A DNA stretch of 63,138 nt, counting the filler, from Octopus bimaculoides (taxonomy: Eukaryota): NCBI RefSeq assembly GCF_001194135.2. It is 7 parts of 7 records of this genome, joined end to end, with 100 filler letters (N's around TTAATTAATTAA, not from the genome) between each part and the next. Parts side by side here need not be neighbours in the genome. Positions count along the whole stretch, not along the records: positions 51,282 to 59,935 come from NC_068988.1; positions 60,036 to 63,138 come from NW_026391857.1; 5 more parts are not named here. One strand, 5' to 3'. Each line of letters opens with the position of its first letter. Positions within the stretch are counted from its first letter, which is position 1. The position numbers were made by a program, and so were the translations under genes. Below are positions 53,031-63,138 of this stretch, one piece after another. Below the pieces are notes generated by a model. It searched no databases and was not told the origin of the DNA. It saw only the letters and a list, made by a program, of their open reading frames with translations.

Positions 53031-53330
53031 GGAGGCGCGTGGCTTAGTGGTTAGGGTGTCGGCATCATGATCGTATGATTGTGGTTAGGGTTAGGGTTAG
53101 GGTTAGGGTTTCGATTCCTGAACCGGGCGACGCGTTGTGTTCTTGAGCAAAACACTTCATTTCATGTTGCTCCTGTCCACTCAGCTGGCAAAAATGAGTA
53201 ACGCTGCGATGGACTGGCGTCCCGTCCAGCTGGGGAACGCATACGCCACAGAAACCGGGAAACCGGGCCCATGAGCCTGGCTAGGCTTTAAAAGGGCGCA
53301 AGAAGAAGAAGAAGAAGAAGAAGAAGAAGA
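53031..53330 (+). mobile_element. tRNA-derived SINE with a V/Meta-like central domain, (AAG)n tail and a (TTAGGG)4 insertion
   Basis: The head is related to 49571-49894. The central sequence is GTCCACTCAGCTGG...GCGATGGACTGGCGTCCCGTCCAG. Confidence 0.8.
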
Positions 53331-54359
53331 NNNNNNNNNNNNNNNNNNNNNNNNNNNNNNNNNNNNNNNNNNNNNNNNNNNNNNNNNNNNNNNNNNNNNN
53401 NNNNNNNNNNNNNNNNNNNNNNNNNNNNNNNNNNNNNNNNNNNNNNNNNNNNNNNNNNNNNNNNNNNNNNNNNNNNNNNNNNNNNNNNNNNNNNNNNNNN
53501 NNNNNNNNNNNNNNNNNNNNNNNNNNNNNNNNNNNNNNNNNNNNNNNNNNNNNNNNNNNNNNNNNNNNNNNNNNNNNNNNNNNNNNNNNNNNNNNNNNNN
53601 NNNNNNNNNNNNNNNNNNNNNNNNNNNNNNNNNNNNNNNNNNNNNNNNNNNNNNNNNNNNNNNNNNNNNNNNNNNNNNNNNNNNNNNNNNNNNNNNNNNN
53701 NNNNNNNNNNNNNNNNNNNNNNNNNNNNNNNNNNNNNNNNNNNNNNNNNNNNNNNNNNNNNNNNNNNNNNNNNNNNNNNNNNNNNNNNNNNNNNNNNNNN
53801 NNNNNNNNNNNNNNNNNNNNNNNNNNNNNNNNNNNNNNNNNNNNNNNNNNNNNNNNNNNNNNNNNNNNNNNNNNNNNNNNNNNNNNNNNNNNNNNNNNNN
53901 NNNNNNNNNNNNNNNNNNNNNNNNNNNNNNNNNNNNNNNNNNNNNNNNNNNNNNNNNNNNNNNNNNNNNNNNNNNNNNNNTATATATATGGTGCCTCACC
54001 ATGACTGCAGTCCAATAGCTGGAACATCCTTATATAAAACAACAAGATGTGCATCGCAAGAAACATAGAGTAGACATGGTAAACAACTATCCACATGGCG
54101 TTGATCCTTTCAAGAGTACCTGAAGGCTGTCAATGTATTCTGGGAAGACATAGACACTGATATAACCGAACAAGAACGCTGGAATGAAATTACCGCCCGA
54201 TGACCAAACTTGATGTAATGGGCTGAAAAACTCTGATTACACAGATCTATGATCAATCTGCGACCATTTGTATAGTTCTTCAGGATTACTACCCGCCAGA
54301 CATCATTATCTAAAGTAACATTCTTAAAGACAGTAGAGCGTGCTTTGAGGGAGATTTTG

Positions 54360-54600
54360 GCTGTTATTTGTCTCAGACTAAGAAGCTACAAACAGGCGCA
54401 TCATTGGCTCAACTCTGTCTCTCAGGCAATATTGTGTTTATATTTGGCGGCAGCTTTGATGAAACTGTTCCACCGATGTTCCTCGCGTTGGAACGTAATA
54501 ATATATTCAACATCAAAAATATATTGGTCCCAGGGCAGTCCTCCCCATGAATGGCATTGTATATTGTTTTAGCGACAACATTACGCCACATGGGAAGGTG
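54360..54600 (-). mobile_element. Possible decayed Helitron PIF1 helicase fragment
   Basis: DCPGT..IFL..NILL (Walker-A-like), GGT..SKLP and SFLV*DK (resembling LIVWDE, Walker B) occur in the correct order. Confidence 0.4.
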
Positions 54601-54756
54601 GTAGCTTTATAACATTTTGGGGCAGCTGTTGATCACATGTGTAATATCTTCCACAGATATATGACATAATGGACATTCTAAACGTATCCATGTGTGTACG
54701 TACGTACTTGTGTATGTATATACATATATGTGTGCGCGTATTTATATATAACTGTG

Positions 54757-54795
<39 letters not shown>

Positions 54796-55541
54796 GTTTC
54801 AAACATGCGTACATGCTTATAAGCAAATATATAGGAATGTAAGTAAGTGTAAACGTATGTATGTATACGACTGATGTATACACAAACCCATACGTATACA
54901 CACACACATACACACACGCACACACACACTCACACATTTCATATATACAAGCATATACGCATATATATTTATATACACGCATACAGATTGAGAGGACACA
55001 CAGAACCCCCAACTTCCTCTTTTCCTTCCCTTCTCTTTATTACTCCATCTCCTCTGCCCGTCTGTCTCTCTTCTCATCCTTTCTCCATCTATATCAATCT
55101 ACCCCATTCTATTTTCTTTTTTTTTTCTTTTTCATACACCCCTCTATTTTCTCCGTCAATAGTTTGAAATAAATTTTATTTCAATTGTTTTTTCATTGTT
55201 TTATCTCTTTCTCAAGGGAAAGTATTGTGAATTTATTTGAAACACAGTTTCTGTTGTCAACGCAGTACGAAAACTCCACCTTCCAAATAGCACCCACGTC
55301 TTCATAATTATGATCGGCACCATCTCAAACTTCACATTAACCACTGTTTCAACAATGAAGCACTACCATTATCATCATTAGTATTACAGACCACCATCAG
55401 TACCACCATCATTATTCTCATTTCCTCACCACACCAACGGTATTACGACGACGACAACTATCACCACCACGCTACCACCATCATCACTACCACCATCACC
55501 CCGCCCCTGCCACCGTCGTGCTAACGATTCCGCCAGTTCAC

Positions 55542-55588
<47 letters not shown>

Positions 55589-55784
55589 GCTACTACTACT
55601 GAAATTGTTAACTAAATCCACCAGAACTACAAAATAGTTCTCAAGAAAAAACGCTGAAGCGAGAAGACATTTATTTAGTCACATCACTTCATTATGTTCC
55701 GATTTCAAATAGCGCCTAAGTCGATTTCGCTTTTCGTTCTTCCGGGATTGTTTAAATAAAATAATCGTTGGCAAAAACACAGTG

Positions 55785-56345
55785 GATAGCTGATAGGTTG
55801 TGTGTGGTGCTGATGAAAGATCAATAATTCTTGAAATATGCATATACACCCGTTACCTATTTCTCTGTTTTCAACCGCATTGTTTTTGTAGTCGTAACTT
55901 GCAGTGCTGGTTCTGAATTCTGTAGGGAATCTACAGATATAAATTTAAAGAGTGGATACATCGCACTGCTAACACAAAGTAAAACACTGTATTGACTTAT
56001 AAAACTGTCTTATACTTCATAGTAAGTTATCGTTGCAAAGCTAAATACTGTGTTCTTGCCATCCCAGGAATGTATTTTATATGTAAATTGGTTTACCCAA
56101 TTCTATTACAATGCTAAGCGTTGAGAGTATTTAAACAACATGTTCGTGGATAGTTGATGGGCTGGATGTGGTGTTGATGAAAGAGCAATAAGTCTTGAAA
56201 TATGTATATACATCAATTACCTATTTTTTCTGACTTCGATCACATTACTTACATAGCCGTATTTGTTTACGAAACGTAGCAACTTGCTGTTCTGGCTCTG
56301 AATTCTATAGAAAGTTTACAGAGATAAGCTCAAGAAGTGGTTAAA
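55785..56345. repeat. Two approximately 180-bp degenerate direct repeats about 365 bp apart
   Basis: GGATAG.TGAT.GG.TG..TGTGGTG.TGATGAAAGA.CAATAA.TCTTGAAATATG.ATATACA...TTACCTATTT...CTGAATTCT occurs at about 55785 and 56148. Confidence 0.7.
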
Positions 56346-56905
56346 TAAAATATCATTTGCTATTATTGTTGCTGTCGTAGTCATCGTTATATAACCTCAC
56401 ACGTCAGCACAGATTGTACAACCTTTTGTGTTGTTATTCTCGTTTTTTTAAAATAGGAATAAGCTTCTTNNNNNNNNNNNNNNNNNNNNNNNNNNNNNNN
56501 NNNNNNNNNNNNNNNNNNNNNNNNNNNNNNNNNNNNNNNNNNNNNNNNNNNNNNNNNNNNNNNNNNNNNNNNNNNNNNNNNNNNNNNNNNNNNNNNNNNN
56601 NNNNNNNNNNNNNNNNNNNNNNNNNNNNNNNNNNNNNNNNNNNNNNNNNNNNNNNNNNNNNNNNNNNNNNNNNNNNNNNNNNNNNNNNNNNNNNNNNNNN
56701 NNNNNNNNNNNNNNNNNNNNNNNNNNNNNNNNNNNNNNNNNNNNNNNNNNNNNNNNNNNNNNNNNNNNNNNNNNNNNNNNNNNNNNNNNNNNNNNNNNNN
56801 NNNNNNNNNNNNNNNNNNNNNNNNNNNNNNNNNNNNNNNNNNNNNNNNNNNNNNNNNNNNNNNNNNNNNNNNNNNNNNNNNNNNNNNNNNNNNNNNNNNN
56901 NNNNN

Positions 56906-56960
<55 letters not shown>

Positions 56961-58727
56961 GTGTACAAAATACGATTGATTTCTTGTGCTTTTAACCTGA
57001 CTCTAAATATTGGAGTTTTACTCTTGAGAAAATGCACATGAAAGCAAAATACGTACACTAGATTTTCTACACATTCTTACACAGAATTAATTTTACATTC
57101 TTAATTGTGTTACACAATTTTCTACGTTCACCAATTACAAAATGTACGACTTAAGACGTTTTATTCTGGATAATAAATTTCAAACCAACAGCCTGTAAGA
57201 ATGTAAGGCTTATTAATGGACAAAAACTGAATGATGCCACTGTAGGTCTCTAAATTATGATTTCTCAGTTCTTGTGACGGCATGTTATTGTTCTGTAGCT
57301 ATACAGGTCAGCCCAGAACGAATACTGCGTAATACCTTCAAATATTCAACCGTCTTGCTGAGACCACACTGTGCATTCCAATACACAATAGTTAATCGTA
57401 TAATGTACAGCTGCTTGTATGAACATGTATTCTCTCCATTGTTGAATCTGTGGTATCTCACAAGCCGATATTCTCACTAACTGTTTGACTTTGAGAAAAT
57501 AGAAGGAAAAGTTATTTTAATCTTCATCCTACTCTTTCAAAAATTAGTGTATAGATTTAGACGGGGCCTACATCTCCCAAATTTTCATTTTTTAGCAATA
57601 TTATTGGTATTATTTTTAGGTAGTATAAGCGAAAAGCTACAGTTAATTACATTAATTTTTCCCGTCAATGATTTCCGGTTATAAGCAGTAATATTGAAGT
57701 CTTCGGAACTGAAAGGACAAGTCAATGAAGGAGCCTCTATATGGGTCACTTGATCTGCTAGAAATAGCAGTGGATCACTTTTCAATTTACTCTTTCATCT
57801 TAAAATAAGAATGGCATATTTGACAATGTAGTCTTCAGACACAGATTGTTTGAAAGGGGGGAAAAAAACAAGCGAAAGACTGGATGGTCATGACTAGAAT
57901 GTCTTACATTTCAGGTCTACTCGATCGGTACTGGTTTGAGGCAACACAACAATCTCTCGTAGTAAGTGATGAAACAAGCTGATTAAAGTTTACGGGTTAC
58001 TTGTGACAACTGCTTGAAAATTATAGTTATATCTCTTTAAATCCCAGGTTATCCATTTTGTTTTTTACCNNNNNNNNNNNNNNNNNNNNNNNNNNNNNNN
58101 NNNNNNNNNNNNNNNNNNNNNNNNNNNNNNNNNNNNNNNNNNNNNNNNNNNNNNNNNNNNNNNNNNNNNNNNNNNNNNNNNNNNNNNNNNNNNNNNNNNN
58201 NNNNNNNNNNNNNNNNNNNNNNNNNNNNNNNNNNNNNNNNNNNNNNNNNNNNNNNNNNNNNNNNNNNNNNNNNNNNNNNNNNNNNNNNNNNNNNNNNNNN
58301 NNNNNNNNNNNNNNNNNNNNNNNNNNNNNNNNNNNNNNNNNNNNNNNNNNNNNNNNNNNNNNNNNNNNNNNNNNNNNNNNNNNNNNNNNNNNNNNNNNNN
58401 NNNNNNNNNNNNNNNNNNNNNNNNNNNNNNNNNNNNNNNNNNNNNNNNNNNNNNNNNNNNNNNNNNNNNNNNNNNNNNNNNNNNNNNNNNNNNNNNNNNN
58501 NNNNNNNNNNNNNNNNNNNNNNNNNNNNNNNNNNNNNNNNNNNNNNNNNNNNNNNNNNNNNNNNNNNNNNNNNNNNNNNNNNNNNNNNNNNNNNNNNNNN
58601 NNNNNNNNNNNNNNNNNNNNNNNNNNNNNNNNNNNNNNNNNNNNNNNNNNNNNNNNNNNNNNNNNNNNNNNNNNNNNNNNNNNNNNNNNNNNNNNNNNNN
58701 NNNNNNNNNNNNNNNNNNNNNNNNNNN

Positions 58728-58782
<55 letters not shown>

Positions 58783-59904
58783 GCTTATATAATTCTCTCT
58801 CTTATAACCGTTGGTTTTCTACAAAATCTCCCTCTAAACAATACCTAACTTTCCGTTGTTGATAAAAAAACATTGTTTTTGTTTTACTTTCCGCTTCATT
58901 CCCAACATTACTCCAACTTATTTTATTTTCTCAGTATTTCTGTTTATCGTCTGCTCCCAGCCATTATAAAACTTTCAATTGTAATGCCGAGCTTCTCTAG
59001 TTTCTCACCGATATTTAATCCCAAATAATTATACTCTCTATTTTACCCTTCATTAACCAAACTTATTCTCATTCTAGGTTTTATAATTAGTTTTCTCGTT
59101 GCACCTTTTTTGTTTTCTTTTGTATCGTCTCATCTTCTTCTTTTGATGCTTTTGCTATTTTTTTTTCTTTGCTGCTGACGCTCTTTTTTCTTGTTGCCTC
59201 TTTCTAAGTTGCTGCTGCTGCTGCTGTTTTCGTTTCTTATATTGTAATTTGTGATACGTTTCTTACAAGTTGAAGTTGTTGTTACTAATACTATTCTTAA
59301 TGATGATGATGATGGTGATGATGACGACGACGACGACGACGGCGGCGACGACGACGAGGAAATTAATGATGTTACCGGCACTGTTTCTTCTGTTGTTGAA
59401 AATGTTCTTCTTACCATTATTGGTACTGTTGTTGCTATTAAGGTTATAGCTGCTGTGATTTTTAAAATCATTTATTGACGTTGCTACCTTAGCTGCTTTC
59501 TGTTGAAGCTGCAGTTGTTGCTGTTGTTATGCCTGAGATCTTTATATGCATGTATCTGCATCCAGATATCAATATACCTGTTCATATATGTGTATCATAT
59601 ATGTATATGCATATGGATCAGCATCTATATCTATACACACACACACACACACACACATACACATATATATATATATATAAATACATACATACATGTACAT
59701 ACACACTCACACGCACAGACACATACATGCACGGGCATACACACAAATGTATGTATTTGTGTGTATGTACGTATATACATGTATATATAAATATATATAA
59801 ATATATATATGTACATAAATATATATATATATGAATATAAATATATATATATATATACATATATACATGAATATAAATATATATATACATATTTATATAT
59901 ATGG

Positions 59905-59935
<31 letters not shown>

Positions 59936-60305
59936 NNNNNNNNNNNNNNNNNNNNNNNNNNNNNNNNNNNNNNNNNNNNTTAATTAATTAANNNNNNNNN
60001 NNNNNNNNNNNNNNNNNNNNNNNNNNNNNNNNNNNGAAAGTGTGAGAATGATATGAGAATTTAAAAGAAGTTGTACAAGGGCAAAGGTTAAGAAACTTCG
60101 TGTGTATATAGAGAAATATATTTATGTACGTATATGTATATGTATATGTTCTACATACATACATATGCATATACACAAATGTATGTGTATGAGTGTATTT
60201 ATACACGAAATAGTATACACACACGCGCACACACACATATATATTTTATATGTATGTACGCATACACACACATACACGTGTGTGTGTTTGAGTGTTCGTG
60301 TGTGC

Positions 60306-60348
<43 letters not shown>

Positions 60349-60949
60349 NNNNNNNNNNATATATATCTGTGTGTGTGTGTCTATTATGGCATATACACAT
60401 GCACGCATGTGCATGACAATAAATGAAACTTTATATTTTTATAATCACTTATTCAACATCGAGCGTTGATTGAATAAAGGAGTCAATGGAACTCTTGTAT
60501 CTGTTATAAGTTTATTGATAATGACTTCGAAGTGATTTCAAATGAAGTGTATTGTTTATTCTATGAGATAAACCGATCGCTCGATGAAGCTGAGGGTTCA
60601 CTTTCAGTTTCGAAGTTACATACATACCGTCAGCACACTATTTCTGCTGACGGCACAGAAGTAATACGAGCACTAGAGGTAACTTTGGACATTAATATGC
60701 TCCGAAAATAACATATATGATATATATATATAAATGGACTGAAGAAAACAATAAGCAATTTGATTCAAGAAAATTCCAAGCCCTCCGCTAACATATACCT
60801 TATGCTAACATACATTGAGTCTTATGCTAACATATCCCTCAAGAAAATTTGCAACTCCCAATCAGGATCACCCACGCACTACATGGTCCTCACCAGACAA
60901 GCTGGCACCGCCGTAGGGAAGGGACACATTTAGTTTGTCCAATGTGAGG

Positions 60950-61860
60950 ACATATATTCGCCATATAATACTCACTATCCCACATGCATCCCGCGACAAG
61001 GTAGTGTCCATAAGTGTAAAGCCTGGCCGTGCATCCATCTATTCGGGCTGTTGGATACAGACTCACGTCCCGATAGGTCATAACATACCCGGCAAACTTG
61101 ATGGTGCATCCACCCACCGTCAATTTGGACCATAGTGAAGCATAGAGCGTGTTCCTGGGATTAATATAATGGTCAACACCTCGTTTAATGTGCATATTAA
61201 AACGATGGTGGCAATGTGTAAGCGATTGGCTGGATGGATTCCAGCCATTGTACTTTCAGAACCAGCGACCAAGAAACTATGCTGCTTCTATGGAAAACAT
61301 ATAACCTCAGCCGCCTAGAAACCTGCTCTCAGCTGTGGTCAATGTCCAGTGCTAAAATGATAGCGGAACTTGAGGCAGATCAGCCATGTTACATAAGGAA
61401 GGTTGCATCAATCGTACAGCTGAGATATTGGGAGAGGTTGAAAGAACTGCCACTCGACTCACTGGAGACGGAAGAGTTCTGTGGTGATATACGTATGGAC
61501 GATCCTGGATGTGTGCGCACCATAATTTGGTATTGAGCTTGATACTACCGCCAAAACTGGTCGTCACTGCATTGTTTCAAATATCTCAACCATCCCGTAT
61601 GGAATGAGGATTATCTAATGCAACAGCGTGAGTAACAAGGTTCCACAGCTATTTAATACCTCGCCTAAACCTCCGGGAGATCTACACGGAGTAAGAGTAG
61701 GTGTCTCCAAGAAACAACTTGATTTCCTTTTGTCCACGGCAAGAAACTCAAAAGATGGCGGCAATACTGAACCCCGTCATTCACCAAAGCCAATCCCAAG
61801 AGAATGTCCATAGAAAGGTGATAACGCTGGCAGTGCTTCACTATGGCAAAGAATTTGGGC
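60950..61860 (+). mobile_element. CR1/L2-group LINE 3' fragment
   Basis: TFRTSDQETMLLLWKTY.LSRLETCSQLWS...IAELEA.Q...LRYWERLKEL.LDSLE is the typical post-RT region. Confidence 0.8.
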
Positions 61861-62755
61861 TGAAAATCGTAAAAGAATATATANNNNNNNNNNNNNNNNN
61901 NNNNNNNNNNNNNNNNNNNNNNNNNNNNNNNNNNNNNNNNNNNNNNNNNNNNNNNNNNNNNNNNNNNNNNNNNNNNNNNNNNNNNNNNNNNNNNNNNNNN
62001 NNNNNNNNNNNNNNNNNNNNNNNNNNNNNNNNNNNNNNNNNNNNNNNNNNNNNNNNNNNNNNNNNNNNNNNNNNNNNNNNNNNNNNNNNNNNNNNNNNNN
62101 NNNNNNNNNNNNNNNNNNNNNNNNNNNNNNNNNNNNNNNNNNNNNNNNNNNNNNNNNNNNNNNNNNNNNNNNNNNNNNNNNNNNNNNNNNNNNNNNNNNN
62201 NNNNNNNNNNNNNNNNNNNNNNNNNNNNNNNNNNNNNNNNNNNNNNNNNNNNNNNNNNNNNNNNNNNNNNNNNNNNNNNNNNNNNNNNNNNNNNNNNNNN
62301 NNNNNNNNNNNNNNNNNNNNNNNNNNNNNNNNNNNNNNNNNNNNNNNNNNNNNNNNNNNNNNNNNNNNNNNNNNNNNNNNNNNNNNNNNNNNNNNNNNNN
62401 NNNNNNNNNNNNNNNNNNNNNNNNNNNNNNNNNNNNNNNNNNNNNNNNNNNNNNNNNNNNNNNNNNNNNNNNNNNNNNNNNNNNNNNNNNNNNNNNNNNN
62501 NNNNNNNNNNNNNNNNNNNNNNNNNNNNNNNNNNNNNNNNNNNNNNNNNNNNNNNNNNNNNNNNNNNNNNNNNNNNNNNNNNNNNNNNNNNNNNNNNNNN
62601 NNNNNNNNNNNNNNNNNNNNNNNNNNNNNNNNNNNNNNNNNNNNNNNNNNNNNNNNNNNNNNNNNNNNNNNNNNNNNNNNNNNNNNNNNNNNNNNNNNNN
62701 NNNNNNNNNNNNNNNNNNNNNNNNNNNNNNNNNNNNNNNNNNNNNNNNNNNNNNN

Positions 62756-62806
<51 letters not shown>

Positions 62807-63138
62807 ATATGTATCTGTGTATATAAGTACCTGTTCAGTTATCTATCCATTTATGCATCAATCCATCTAGCGACAGACACAAGGATAAGTAGATATGCTT
62901 ACGTACTACGTGGACGCGTGCGCATACGCATAGGAATGAATCACTTAAACACACACGCACGCATACACATGAAGTACAATTATCAATACATATACATCAA
63001 CATGTTCTTAGATACGATTGTAAAGACGTTATATATATGTGCATCGACCAATGTGCACAATAACACACGTATGCATATACAGATACATGCAGGTATACAC
63101 ACCCACATGAACACACACGATATATATATACATAAACA

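Overview
AT-rich, repeat-dense animal genomic DNA with many N-gaps. It is most likely an octopus draft scaffold, inferred from cephalopod-type tRNA-derived SINEs and TTAATTAATTAA scaffold linkers. There are no prokaryotic features or CRISPR arrays. The recognisable host genes are a small replication-dependent histone cluster and one LIM-domain exon (-, 36762-36883). The cluster holds a 5'-truncated H2A pseudogene (-, 31290-31626), an intact H2B (+, 33196-33573) and an H2A cut by a gap (+, 35576-35882). The rest is R4/Dong, RTE, Tx1, CR1 and Hero-like LINE relics, hAT, mariner, Tc1, Tigger and Helitron/Helentron remnants, SINEs and microsatellites; nearly all other ORFs in the track are repeat or gap artefacts. 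The most interesting signals are in the histone cluster. (1) A shared pyrimidine-rich motif lies exactly 15 nt after both histone stem-loops, where a purine-rich U7-binding HDE is expected. (2) Two inverted copies of a bidirectional H2A/H2B promoter have each lost the opposite arm. (3) A Tx1+mariner chimera replaced the TATA box and N-tail of one H2A. (4) A GAGCCTACT element precedes the TATA box in these promoters. All alignments and family assignments were done by eye; no database searches were run.
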